This document shows positions 25,247 through 39,093 of a DNA stretch of 64,000 bases, piece by piece. Under the pieces are notes generated by a model. It had not been told where the DNA came from. It ran no database searches and saw only the letters and a program-made list of their open reading frames with translations. A program made the position numbers and the translations under genes. Source of the stretch: Octopus sinensis (Eukaryota); assembly GCF_006345805.1 (NCBI RefSeq), contig NC_042997.1:126542001-126606000 (forward strand), written 5' to 3'. Positions within the stretch are counted from its first letter, which is position 1, and each line of letters starts with the position of its first letter.

Positions 25247-25945
25247 TTATAAATTAGGAAATATTTCATGACAGGAATGGGTTAAAAATTGTTTGGTATG
25301 AGTCATGGCACCATTTTTTTATGTGCTTGCTCCCCCTAACTTTAGATCCTGGTTATGCCTCTGAGATATGAAAGAGTTCTTTCAGTTTCTGTTACACAAA
25401 TCTACTTGCTTAGCCTGGAGCTGTGGTACAAGACACTTGTCCATGATGCTATGCAGTGGGACTGAATCAGAAACAGCAAGATTAGGAAGCAAGCTTCTAC
25501 ATCACACAGCCTCACCATGTGGTTAAGAATCTTATTAGTTTTTCAGAAGAGAAGAGACGGTACCAATGGTATTTCATGTCCCCTCCCCCAACTACACACA
25601 ACAGAAAAAAATCAATGCAGATGATATTCAGTTTGAACACTGATAGCTCAATGCCTGCAGAATAAGCATGGATAAGGAATGAATTACGCAAGATTTAACT
25701 CTTAGTATGTGAGATATACACGGGAAAAAGATATTTAGGATAAAATTTCAGTAGTTTCCCAAAGAAACACACTTAAATATTGGCACAATGGCTGAGAATT
25801 TCTGCTGCATTTAATATATTTTAGAAATATTTAATTTAAAACCTCTTCAGAAATTTTTATAGAGTTGTATGTAAGGATGGGAACCTTTCAGAAAATTCTT
25901 AAATAATTTGATGATCCAACTTTCTCTTATATCTTCCACTTTCAG

Positions 25946-26014
25946 ATTGTGTTAGTGACGTATATGTTGAAATTTTCCAATTCCTCTGTGGATGTGCTGT
26001 CATGCTTTGCGAGT
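25946..26014 (+). CDS. BAIAP3/UNC13D-like: Coding exon 6: IVLVTYMLKFSNSSVDVLSCFAS
   Basis: Acceptor tcttccactttcag|ATT and donor AGT|gtaagt; 69 nt, phase 0 to 0. KFSNSSVDVLSCF matches the conserved KHS(T/S)SAVD..TCF motif of MHD1. Confidence 0.9.
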
Positions 26015-27706
26015 GTAAGTATGCTGTTACATTCTCTCAATTTTCTCTTATAAAGGTTTCCTTTTAAATATTAATTCTTTGATGTTTTCAGGGAACGGGC
26101 ATCACCGCAAACCACCAATAAAATGTTTTGTCCTTTTTATTATCTAAAATTCTTTGATTTTACATTAGATTTAGCAAAAGTTGCAATGCATAGCCAAAGA
26201 ATTTTGGTTTTTGATACTTTCGGAAACATTAATTTTATAAAACTGTTAAATATTTAATACTTCACTTCACTGAATGTTACCATCTTGGTTTGAACATAGT
26301 AATTCTTCTTCAACTACCTTTCATTACACTTCACCATCTTATCAGGCTGCATAGCCATGTGGTTAAGAAGTTTGCTTCCCAACCACATTATTTCAGGTTC
26401 ACTTCCACTGCATGGTATCACAAGCAAATGATTTCTACAGTAACCCTTTCATTACATATTACCATTTTATCAGTAAACATAGCTGCATGGTAAAGATGTT
26501 TGCTTCCTGAGCATGTGATTGCAGGTTCAGGCATACTGCATGGCACATGATTCCTACTATAGCCCTAAGTTGACCAAAGTTTCATGAGTAGGTTTGAGAG
26601 ACAGAAACTAAAACAATCCCACCGTTTCTTTTTGTTTTCACATTTCTCCTATGTACTTGCTTAGTGGACATTTTTCATGAGCCTGAATGATTTTCTGATT
26701 GTACATAGTTTGCTTTATGTAAGCATGGTTGAATATTGTACTTTTCAAGTATGAAACTTTTGTAGCTCCCATAACTTCTTAGGATATTAAATATTTCACT
26801 CTCACTGGATTGAGTGTCTTTTTTCTTCTTTCTTGATGCTATTGACAAATTAACAGTACATGATACATAAACATATATTGGTCAGTAGTTCATATACCAC
26901 AAAAAGGAGCACATTCTAAAACATTGGAGTAATAATATTCAGAAGGTTGTTTGCTATGGCCGGTCAGAGAGTGACCACTGGCTTCACACCTATGTATGAA
27001 ATCAATGGTCACTCCCTGACTGGCCATAATAAACAGCCTTCTAAATATATACATACACACATTATATATGTATGTGTGTGTGTGTGTGTATCCCCAGTAC
27101 CCACCCTGACTCCTCATCACCACCATCCTTATTTCCTTTTCCACTTCAACACTGAATTATTTTTACCTGCTTTTGTATAATGTGATCTGCCATGCAGTTC
27201 CTCTACAACAATAAACCTGTTGAAATGTGTCCTGGCCCCTTTGTTCATCACTTTGTTCCTCACCTAACATAAAGCTAACTCCCTCTCTATTTTACTCAGT
27301 CAGCTGATGGGGATCTTAGTCTTATGAGCTATATGGTGAAGTTACTAGTGTTGGTTCCATGGAGAGAAAAAAAGGCATTCAGTGCTATCTATAAAGTGGT
27401 TGGCACTAGGAAGGGAGCCCAAATGTAGAAACCATGCCAAAGCAGACATTGAAACTAGGGGCAGTCTTCAGGCTCATTAAAACTTGATGAACAGTAGATC
27501 CTATGACTTAAACAGGTATAAGATAAAAGATGAAATATAAAAGCTAAAAGATAAAAGATATGTGTGCATGGGTGGGGGTGATGCATGTATTTGTGTCTCT
27601 TTGTTTTGATGTTGTACAGTCGTTGCACATCAGCACTATTGTCATACCAGAAATGTCCTTCTTTTCAACTTGCTGCGAAAATATGCTTGGCTATAGGGAA
27701 AATATG

Positions 27707-27995
27707 TGGAGGCGCAATGGCCTAGTGGTTAGGGCAGCGGACTCGCGGACGTAGGATCGTGGTTTCAATTCCCAGACTGGGCATTGTGTGTGTGTTTATT
27801 GAGCGAAAACACTTAAAAGCTCCACGAGGCTCTGGCAGGGGGTCGTGGTGACCCCTGTTGTACTCTTTCGCCTCAACTTTCTCTCACTCTTTCTTCCTGT
27901 TTCTTGAGTAACGCTGCGATGGACTGGCTGGGGGGGGAACACATATTCCACAGAAACCGGGAAACATGGGCCCATGAGCCTGGCTAGGCTTGAAA
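27707..27995 (+). mobile_element. SINE family D
   Basis: Head GGAGGCGCAATGGCCTAGTGGTTAGGGCAGCGGACTCGCGG with B-box GGTTTCAATTCC. Confidence 0.8.
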
Positions 27996-28529
27996 AGGGT
28001 GCAATAAATAAAATAAAAATGGGGAAAATATCACCTTGTTTGGAAACAGGTAAGGTTGGTCGACAGACAGGGCATTCAACCATAGAAAAATCTGTCACAA
28101 TGAATTCCCTTTGACACATCATTGTCATCGTCATCATTGTGATTTAGCATCCATTTTCCATTCTGGAATGGGTTGGACGGTTTGACAGGACCTGGCACGT
28201 GGAAGAGCTGCACCATGCTCCAGTTGTCTGTTCTGGCATGGTTTCTACAGCTGGATGCCCTTCCTAATGCCAACTATTTTCCCAGAGTGTACTAGTGCTT
28301 TTCATGTGGCACCAGCAGGGGTGTGTTTTATGTGCCACCAGTATGGAAAAATGGAATTTAAATCAACAAGGCTGATGACAATGATAATAATGATGGCAAC
28401 GATGATGATAGTAATGATGAAGAGAATACACTACCTCGATTAATCTCCAATTAGGGGGTTTCAAAGTTCAAGGGTGAGATTGGTTTAAATTAAGGGAAAA
28501 ACAAATTAAAGTTGTAATAAGAAATTGAT

Positions 28530-28935
28530 AGGTGTAGGAGTGGCTGTATGGTAAGTAGCTTGCTTACCAACCACATGGTTCTGGGTTCAGTCCCATTGCA
28601 TGGCACCTTGGGCAAGTGTCTTCTACAATAGCCTCAGGCCAACCAAAGCCTTGTGAGTGGATTTCATAGACGGAAACTGAAAGAAGCCCGTCGTATATAT
28701 ATATATATATGTATGTATGTATGTGTGTATATGTTTGTGTGTCTGTCTTTGTCCCCACAACATTGCTTGACAACGATGCTGGTGTGTTTACGTCTTCATA
28801 ACTTAGCGGTTCGGCAAAAGAGACCGATAGAATAAGTACTAGGCTTATAAAGAATAAGAGCTGGGGTCGATTTGCTCGACTAAAGGCGGTGCTCCAGCAT
28901 AGCTACAGTCAAATGACCGAAACAAGTAAAAGAGT
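28530..28935 (+). mobile_element. SINE family A
   Basis: Consensus match. Confidence 0.85.
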
Positions 28936-29199
28936 GAGACTCAAAAATCTGAAATACAAACTGGAGTTCAGTATTTGGATTTGGCATTTTGCAGTGAGTG
29001 AGACTTGGCATTCTAGAAAGAGAGTTTGAGGTCTTCAGCTAAATTTGAAATGTCGGTGTAGGTTCAAAAGGTCCTTAGAGCTTCTAAATGATGGTCGTGG
29101 CTTAACAAACTATAAATATACTCATATACACACATGTAAACACATTTGTGGCACATATAAATGTACAAATGCTCTTGCATACACATGTATATGGACATG

Positions 29200-29302
29200 T
29201 GTGATACATATAAGATTTATACACATGTACATGCGTGGATATAGGTCACATGTATATGCAAACATATACAAAACACATACATACATATAGATAGATAGAT
29301 GG

Positions 29303-29349
<47 letters not shown>

Positions 29350-29390
29350 AAGAAAGAGATTAATGATACATGCACATGCTTAGACATATG

Positions 29391-29429
<39 letters not shown>

Positions 29430-30088
29430 AGTAAACCTATATATATACAAATATGCACATATAGATAGATAGAGAGGTATATATATATACATAGATATAG
29501 ATATAGAGATAGATAGATAGATAGATAGGTAGATAGATAGATAAATAGATAGATAGATAGATAGATAGATAAATTGATAGATAGATAGAGTGATAGATAG
29601 ATAAATAGATAGATAGATAGATAGCTAGTGACAGAAACAGGCAAAGAGAGAGAGAGAGATAGAAAAGGAAAAAATATTAATAGATAAATAGAGAAATAGA
29701 GAAAGAGAGATAAAGACGAATTATTAAAGAAAGAAGGCTGTTGATTCCTTGTAAGAGGATTGCCACAATTATTAAGTAAGATGGTCGGAACCTGAACGTT
29801 AGTCCCACTTGGATTCCTATATACATATTTACAGTCTTATCATCATATGCGCTGGCCATTCTTTACATTCTTTACAGATCTGAAATCTTGAAGAAGCTAG
29901 CATTGGTAGAATTGTCAGTCAACTTTTAGTTTACTTCGATGATCCGAAAATTACTATTCCAGTCAGTTCCTTTGTAGTTTTGGTTTGAAAGAATAATTCC
30001 TTGCTGAGCTTGTTTAGTGACTACATATGTACATATTTAAACTTCCCAACATCCCTATCTCTCTCTCTCTCTCTCCTTCTACATACAT

Positions 30089-30155
<67 letters not shown>

Positions 30156-30196
30156 TATATATACACACGCAAATATATACATACATATATATTTAT

Positions 30197-30228
<32 letters not shown>

Positions 30229-30580
30229 CGTTTAAGCGGATGTTAAACGAGATATATATATATTTGTATATGCACATACATAAATATATATATGTGCATA
30301 TGTATATGTATATATTTGTGTGTGTGTGTATATATATGAATTTATTTACATACATATATATATTTATATATATATATATATATATAAATATATATAAATG
30401 CACACACACACACATACACACACACACACATATATATGTGTACACATTTATGTTTGTGCGTGTGTGTGTGTGTGTGGAAAGCAGACATAAAATGATGATG
30501 CTGATGGTGATATGTATATACCTTTGTGTGATGTTTGTAATAATATATATATATATATACACGCATATACATACACACTC

Positions 30581-30619
<39 letters not shown>

Positions 30620-30880
30620 CACATACTTACATGCAGACAATGACATATATAGTTTTTCATATCTACATAAACTAACTTAAATATTGCAAATTGGAAATGC
30701 TTGATGTGTCACAGCAATATCTAATATCAAATGTGTATTTGTGTGTGTGTGTGTGTGTTTGTGTGTGCGTGCATATATATAAATGTGTGTATGTGTGTGT
30801 GTGTATGTATATACAAACATATATGTTCAGGCACATATCACATATTAGATATCACTCTTCACATACAAACACACACACAC
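29200..30880. repeat. Microsatellite-dense block: (GA)n, (TAGA)n, (CA)n, (TA)n
   Basis: Directly visible. Confidence 0.85.
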
Positions 30881-31201
30881 GCATACACACACATAGAGCT
30901 AATCATATGAAGAGGGGGAATGTCCATAATCTTGGTAAGCCCTCCCAGAATGGTAAGATCAATGCAGTTAGTGTTCAATTTGAACATCTATAGGTCGGCA
31001 TCTGTAGGAAGAATGGGTATGGCGGTGATGGAGGGAACGAAGTGCTTAGTGTGAAAACCTGTTAGATAAGACACAGTTGGATGATGAGACAAGGAGAAAG
31101 AAGTGAATATAAGCAAAGAGGAAGACATACACCAGATGAGAAGAGCAGAGCTGATGCTGCAGAAGAAGAAAAAGATGAGAAAATAAACTACATTAGCACA
31201 G

Positions 31202-31866
31202 GCATAGCTGGGTGGTTAAGAAGCTTGCTTTGCAGCCATGTGGTTTGTTGTTCCAGTCCCACTGTATGGTGCCTTGGGTATGTGTTTTCTGCTATAGCCC
31301 CAGACTGACCATTGTATTGCCTTGTGAGGGAACTTGGTAGACAGAAATATGTGAAGGCGGCGAGCTGGCAGAAACGTTAGCACGCAGGGCGAAATGCTTA
31401 CTGGTATTTCGTCTGCCGCTACATTCTGAGTTCAAATTCCGCCACGGTCAACTTTGCCTTTCATCCTTTTGGGGTTAATTAAATAAGCACCAGTTACGCA
31501 CTGGGGTCGATATAATCGACTTAATCCGTTGTTCTGTCCTTGTTTGTCCCCTCTGTGTGTAGCCCCTATGTGGGCAGTAAAGAAATAAGAAATGTGTAGA
31601 AGCTGTGTGTGTGTGCATGTGTGTTTGTCTGTGTGTGTGTGTGTGTTTATGTTTGTGTATGTCCCTTCTACCATCTGACAGTGATGTTGGTTTGTTTACA
31701 TCTCTGCAACTTAGTAGTTTGGCAAAAGAAACTGACAGAATATGTACCAGACTTATGAAAAGAAATTAAACAATAATACTGGTGTGAAATTGTTCCACCG
31801 ATTTAAGGTGGTGCTCCAGCATGGCTGTAGTTTGATGATAAAACAGACAAAAGATAAAAGATAAAA
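31202..31866 (+). mobile_element. Old SINE-A with a SINE-B nested at 31354-31590
   Basis: A-family head and tail are separated by a complete B-family copy. Confidence 0.7.
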
Positions 31867-32189
31867 CTTATATCTTTGGTGCAATGGTCATATTATGTTG
31901 GTGAGTAAATCTTCACCAATCTGTCAGATAACCTTCCTTTACATGTGGTTTAGGGTGACTTTGTTGTTGCTGTTGTTGTTCTTAAGCAACAAGATGGGTA
32001 AGGATGATTAGGTGATGGTCTAGGGCTTAGGGGCAGGAGACCCCAGACCTTGGGGAAAAATAAAACTTTGGTTGTCTTGTTGTAGTCAAGGGCTCTTTGT
32101 TGATGCCCGACACCACTGGGAGGTGGCCCTCGAAGTCACTGGAAATGGAGATCTCCAGGTCCAAATTCTTGGATGGCTGTTGCTGCTGT

Positions 32190-33900
32190 TGCAGCATATT
32201 TGTAGATATTTTCAATATCTCAATGATTATTGCCAATAGTCGAGCAGATCTGACATTAATGGTCATTTTGACCACTTCCTATTGGATCTACTGAGAATGA
32301 TCATTTTTCCCACACTTTCTCCACATTTAGCAACCACTTTTAATAACATTTCCAGGCCTTTTTTCTTTTCAGCATCAGTGTGGTTAATTACACTGCTGTT
32401 ATTCCAAACACCCATTCTTCCTAATGACATTCTTTCTACACTGATTTAACATTGGAATAATGCTTTGCAATCTGGTATCCTCACTCCCCTGGTTCCCTCA
32501 TCTCACAACACTCCCAAACTTGTTGATTTTAGCTTCTGTCTGTAATAAACTTGTTCTTTAGTCATTTCTCTTTTAACTACTTGATATTGTTCTATGCTGC
32601 TCAGTTCTTCCAGTCTTTGTCTTTGAGCTTTTATAGCTCTATCTACAGTACTGTTCCATTGATCATGTCAACTTTTCTCTAGCTGATACCATATATCTCA
32701 TCTGTGGCCCACAGCAGGTTTTCTCATAAAAACCTCAATCCTTTATGTTTGCCCATTGCCTTCTTTCTGAACCTATGTTTAGTAGATGGAGTTTTAGACT
32801 TCCATATGTTCCATAGTGTCTTGTGTCTCTTGCTTTGTATAACTCTTATACAAAATTTACTAAGCACTAATCTATACTGAGCAGTACATTCTTCACAAGA
32901 GATAAACTTAGCATTGATAGCCATTTATCTCATTTCTAAAGATTATAAAGTCTATTGTGTTTTTGCATTTGTCAGTGTGATACATGATAAAGTGGTTGGT
33001 CTGTTCCCTGAACTTGCAGATGGTAAGGTCACTTGTGTCACAGAATTCCAGGAGAACTTCATAAGGTGGTGAGCTGGCAGAATCAGCACACCAGGCAAAA
33101 TGCTTAGCAGTATTTCGTCTGCCGCTACATTCTGAGTTCAAATTCTGCCGAGGTTGACTTTGCCTGTCATTCTTTTGGGGTTGATAAATTAAGTACCAGT
33201 TACGCACTGAGGTCTATGTAATCGACTTAATCCCTTTGTCTGTCCTTGTTTGTCCCCTCTCCATTTAGCCCCTTGTGGGCAATAAAGAAATAAGAATTCC
33301 AGGAGCTTTGATTCCTCTTCATTCTTTAGAGCATATCCATAACTACTATGTACTCTGGGGTAGCCATCCTAGTATGACCCAACACATTCATTAAAGTCAT
33401 CTCTTGTGATAATAAATTTGCTACCATTTGTTATTGAGGTGGCCCACAAAAGAGCCTCATCAAAATGGTTCTTATGCTCATCTGCAAATCCCGGTAGTGG
33501 TGCCTAATTGAGATAAGATTTGTTGTGTTGCCTATGATAGTTTAAGCTTAATTATTGTCACATTCCCTTCAATTACTTTACCTTCACCTACCCTAGCATT
33601 TTTACATATCCAGATGGATTTCTATCTTTCTCCTTTGCTCATTAAGAGTCTGGTTGATGCTTTCTACCATCTTACCTTTTCTATACACCTTACATCCATC
33701 TATTTTCTTCTACCCTAGTATGTCTACAATCACAACAGACCTACCTTTACTACTTTCAACATTGAGAGTGACAGCCTAGAATATCTAACAGTGGGAGGGT
33801 TATTGTTTGAAGTCTGCTTTCTGCATCTGAAGGGAAATGTATGATTGTTTGATGACAGTTAGTCAGATATTCCCCACCAGCAACCTCAGTACTGTGGGCA
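32190..33900 (-). mobile_element. Degraded RTE-clade LINE (apurinic endonuclease and linker), interrupted by SINE-B at 33062-33296
   Basis: - strand gives LLEFCD..DLTIC, TIDFII, NAKFISCEECTAQYRLV and IEILKIS, matching RTE APE and pre-RT motifs. Confidence 0.75.
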
Positions 33901-33961
33901 TCTCTAACATGGTAAATGTCAGCCATATATATGGAGTTAAAGTTTTTCATCATATTTGTAA

Positions 33962-34339
33962 CTAGCAGTATCGCCCAGCATTGCTCGGATTTGTTTTGAC
34001 ACTTTAGAATTGGAATTTTTGAAAAGTAAAAATTTTGCATTATGTAGCATTAAGTGAACATTTTTCTGGTTGAAATACACCGAAAAATGGTGACACAGCA
34101 GTAAAAAAATCATAAAAGATTGGGATTTTCATAGAAAAAAAGCACCTTTTTGATGTAAATAACTTTTGGTGTTAACATGGTCTGATTTGAGTTTTTTCTT
34201 GTATGGAAGGAAGAGCAAGTCTTCTTCTATCATACTCTCAATTTTGGTCAACTTGTGCACAGGGTCTCGGAGGAGATAGTGTTAGTTCAAGGCTACCAAA
34301 CCTGCCATACACAGACAACTTCAGCTTTATATATATAGA
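33962..34339 (-). mobile_element. Non-autonomous Helitron
   Basis: - strand starts A|TCTATATATATAAAGC and ends CCGAGCAATGCTGGGCGATACTGCTAG|T: 5' TC, 3' CTAG with a subterminal hairpin, and an A|T insertion site without TSD. Confidence 0.8.
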
Positions 34340-34584
34340 TTGTGATGATTTCAGCTTAGTTTTACCAAATGGATGTCTTCTCTATCCCCAATCTCTTTAC
34401 AGATAGCACTGGGTGCCTATCATTATGCCATCAGCAACTGAGAGGTTGTTTGTTAGGACTTAAGTGTCCCCTCTACACGGTGTATATTTTCATTCAGGGC
34501 AACTAGACAGGATGTTTTTCCTTTGTCTTATGGAGACCATATCATCTCTGTGAAGTTTTCTTTAAAATAAATTAAATGTGCCCT

Positions 34585-34815
34585 TTTAAAGCCTAGGCTC
34601 ATGGGCCCGGTTTCCCAGTTTCTATGGCATATGTGTTCTCCAGCTGGATGGGACACCAGTCCATCGCAGCATTACTCATTTTGCCAGCTGAGTGGACTGG
34701 AGCAACGTGAAATGAAGTGTTTTGCTCAAGAACACAACGCATCGCCTGGTCCAGGAATCGAAACCACAATCTTACGATCATGATAGTAACACCCTAACAA
34801 CTGAGCCACTCGTCT
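34585..34815 (-). mobile_element. SINE family E (CORE-like domain TGTGTTCTTGAGCAAAACACTTCATTTCACGTTGCTCCAGTCCACTCAGCTG)
   Basis: tRNA-like head plus CORE-like block; related copies at 23345-23590, 39935-40262, 51290-51625 and 62940-63110. Confidence 0.7.
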
Positions 34816-35532
34816 CCACCTGCATTTTTCTTAGGATTGAGTTATTGCTCTCCTGCACTGACTTACAGAATCTACATCTTTCAAACAACAAGTGATTATT
34901 TAGAGTTACTGCTTTCCAAGATGGCTTGCTTTCACTGTGGTTGGTAGAGTCTATATCTTCTTGCATAGATTGATAATAACAGTCTACAACTACAAAGCTA
35001 GATTTACAGTTACAGATCCTTATATATAGAGGCTGCCTATTTTAGTTATCAAGGGAGTGTATCCTTTTAGGATCTATATGGACCTGATGGTATTGGTTTA
35101 GCATTCCAAGCATGAGAGTGCAAGCTTCAAGCTTTGTTCATGTGTTTCTAATATTTGCATATATTCTTTGAAAATCATAAATAAATTCAAGACAAAATTC
35201 GTAAATAATTCATAAAATCGTAATATCTAATCTTATTGATAAATTGTTAGTAAAACATTGAAAAAAATTATCTTATCGTCATCTTTATCAGAACAACACA
35301 TTTCATATACAGCAACAACAAGAATATAAAGAGTAAAAATGGCCATATCAATGATTTTTTTTTCAGATGTTTATAGCATTGATCACAAAAACATACATAT
35401 GAACAAACATATTATATCTATGTATAGATATATACACACACAAATAAATACACACATGCATACATACACATATATATATGCTTGTCCATATGTATGATTA
35501 TGTATGTATATATATATATATTATATATATAT

Positions 35533-35583
<51 letters not shown>

Positions 35584-35751
35584 TATATATATATGTATGT
35601 ATGTATGTATGTATATGTATGTATGTGTATATATATATATTTATGTGTGTGTGTTGTCAGATGAATGACACAGTGAAACTTAACTTATGATTGTTGCATT
35701 TCATGATATTATATGTGTATGTATATATATATACACATGCACACACACACA

Positions 35752-35806
<55 letters not shown>

Positions 35807-35919
35807 TATAAATACATGTATTTATATATATATATATTAATCATCATTTCAATGTCTACTTTTTCATGCTTGGAAAGGTCAGACGAAACTGTATGTATGT
35901 GTATATGTATATATATATA

Positions 35920-35974
<55 letters not shown>

Positions 35975-36270
35975 ACATATATACATAATATATCATCATC
36001 ATCGTTTAACATCTGTTTTCCATGCTAGCATGGGTTGGACGGTTTGACTGGGGTCTGGGAAGCCAGGAGGCTGCACCAGGCTCCAATCTGATCTGGCAGT
36101 GTTTCTACAGCTGGATGCCCTTCCTAACGCCAACCACGCTGTGAGTATAGTGAGTGCTTTTTACGTGCCACCGGCACAGGGGCCAAAGGGGGCTGCCATC
36201 AACCCTGTTTGGATGGTGCTTTTACGCGCCACCAACATGGGAACCAGAGGGGGCTGGCATCAACCACATA

Positions 36271-36864
36271 TACGAAGTAATACCCATAAGTAACTAGAAA
36301 CATTCTTTGTGGGGCAAGCCCATTGTAGTTCGAGCTTCTGCTGCTAGAAGCCACTTTATGCAACCCTCAGGCATCACTCTGCTGACTGGTGTCTTTGTTT
36401 TGTAGTTGTACTGCCATGTGGTGCATCTTTGTTTTTGCAGTGTTTCTTCCCTGTTCATCGATTTTTGCAAGGCTGGAACAAAGAAATAGCATGCTTCTGT
36501 GAAATTCTGGGAAAATGGTGGCCAAAACAGTTGCCATACTTCAAACAGCTTACAAACATGTTGCCATGAGCAAAACAAGTTTATGAGTGGTTTTCACGCT
36601 TTAGGAATACTCTTTTACTCTTTTACTTGTTTCAGTCATTTGACTGTTGCCATGCTGGAGCACCACTTTTAATCAAGCAAATCAACCCCAGGACTTATTC
36701 TTTGTAAGTCAAATACTTATTCTATCGGTCTCTTATGCCGAACCGTTAAGTTATGGAGGCATAAACACACCAGCATCAGTTGTCAAGTGATGTTGGGGGG
36801 ACAAACACAGACACACAAATGAATACACACACACATACATACATACATACATATATATATATAT

Positions 36865-36902
<38 letters not shown>

Positions 36903-38040
36903 TATATATAAATATACATATATACAATGGGCTTCTTCAGTTTCTGTCTACTAAATCCACTCACAAGGCTTTGGTCGGCCCAAGGCTATAGTAGAAGACA
37001 CTTACCCAAGGTGCCATGCAGTGGGACTGTACCCAGAACCATGTGGTTCATAAGCAAGCTACTTACCACACAGCCACTCTTACACCTTTTGAATGGTCAC
37101 TTTTACGCTTGAAGACCAACCTCATTCAGCGTAGCCATCAACCTCTTGAATGAATGAAAACATCGCAAAAATTTCATGAACTGATTTTGGAGGACTGTCA
37201 TCAAAAATTGACGAGCTTGTTGATATGACTGGTAAGTCTTGGAGCTGCTCTCAATGAATTTTGGGCAAGGAATTATTATTGAAAAATGTTGCAGCAAAAT
37301 TTGTGCTTCACGTGCTCACAGATCAAAAGCAGTCATGACTGAATGCTTGTCATGAACTGGAAGAACAGTTGGGAGTTGATCTGGACCTTTTTTTTGAAAG
37401 TCATTACAGGTGATAAAAGCTGGTTCTATGACTATGACCTGGAAATGAAGCAGCCACTGGAAGCATTCAATGTCATCATGCTTCACAAAAGCGCATCAAG
37501 TGAAGTCCAATGTCAAGACAATGCTGATTTGTTTCATCAATGCTAAAGGAATTGTCCACATAGAATTTGTTCCTCCTGCTCAAACTGCAAACCAGACATT
37601 TTACTTGGCAGTTCTGAAGCATTTGTGAGATGTAGCAACATGAAAATGCCCTGGCCTGTGGAAAAGTAGAGAGCGGTGGTTTCATCGCAACAATGTGTCT
37701 GCAATCACTGCCCTGAGTGTGAGACAGTTTTCGGCCAAAAATGGCATGACCTGCTTACCCACCCTCCCTATTCACCCTATCTTACTCCCTGCGACAATTT
37801 TGTTCCCCAGAATCAAAAAAGTCCTTGCAGATGTGGAAGAGGTGGAGAAAAAAATGACGGAGGTGTTAAAAAGTATCACTTTGCAAGAATTCCAGACAGC
37901 TTTGAACTGTGGAAAACATGTCTTGACCAATACATCGCTTCAGTTGGAGAATACTTTGGAGGCAGTAAAAGAATATACATGTAAAAGTAAGTGAATAAAA
38001 TAAAATTGCAAAATTCTGGTTTCTTTTGCATACCCCCTAC
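36271..38040 (+). mobile_element. Near full-length defective mariner element with a SINE-A inserted at 36608-37082
   Basis: TIR-like ends; degenerate transposase with KNVAAKFV, ITGDKSWFY, KGIVHIEFVP, FHRNN, YSPYLTPCD and GEYFGG. Confidence 0.85.
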
Positions 38041-39093
38041 AAATATATTGGTAGGGGAGGTTCCAAAAGGGGTCTTCATGATAGGAAGGGAGAATGGGCA
38101 CCAGTCAGCCCAAAGGTTTGGGTGGGCCGCATCTGCCTGCCTCAATTGCTGTGGCATTGTGGTAGATCTGGCCACCCCTGTTAATGGGGACAAAACCCAG
38201 ATTTAAAACACTGGATGATGATGATGATGATGATGAGGAAGATAATGATATATACATACATATATGCACACACACATATATATGAGGCAAATTCACAGAA
38301 TTGGGCAAACTGCCTCATGGTACTTTTTTCCAAATTTTTAACCTTTTACTTGTTTCAGTCATTAGACTATGGCCATGCTGGGGCACTGCTTTGAAGAAGT
38401 TTTAGTCAAACGTTTCCACCTTATTGTCTTTTGCCAAACTGCTAAGTTACAGGGATGTAAACACTCCAGCATCGTTGTCAAGTAGTAGAGGGGGGACAAA
38501 CACTAACACAAAGATACAAACAAACATATATAAGAGGTGGTATCAAAAAGTCCCTGGACTAGTTCTGTAGCATGCCAACAGATGGCAGCACACAGTTATG
38601 TGCACAGTGAGAGCTAGCAATGACCTTCATGAAGCAGTGTGCCAAGTGACATAGCTGTGTTTACTTCTCAAGTTGTAAAATTTGTGTTTTTGTGATCACA
38701 TGTATGCTGTAGTCTGCGATTTTGTCATGGACAGCAACAAAGATCCAGCATGAAATTTTGTGTTAATCTTGAGACATTGAGCAAGCTTACCACATAGCCA
38801 TACCCGTCTCTCTCTCACTCTTTGTATATATCTTTTAGCTTTTATCTCTTACTTATTTCAGTCATTAGACTGTGGCCTTGCTGGGGCACTGCCTTGAAGA
38901 GAGTTTAGTCTAACAAACTGACCCCAGTATTTACGATTTTTTAAAACTTGGTACTTATTTTACCAGACTCATTTTGTTGAACTGCTAAGCTATAGGAACA
39001 TAAAAAACCATCAACAGTTATCAAGTGGTTGTGAGAACAAACACAAACACAATGACACACACACACACACACATAGATATATACATGTACATA

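Noticed and set aside
27707-27785. tRNA gene
   Set aside because: The tRNA-like sequence is the head of a repeated SINE, continues into a SINE body and does not form a complete cloverleaf; the same applies to the other SINE heads.
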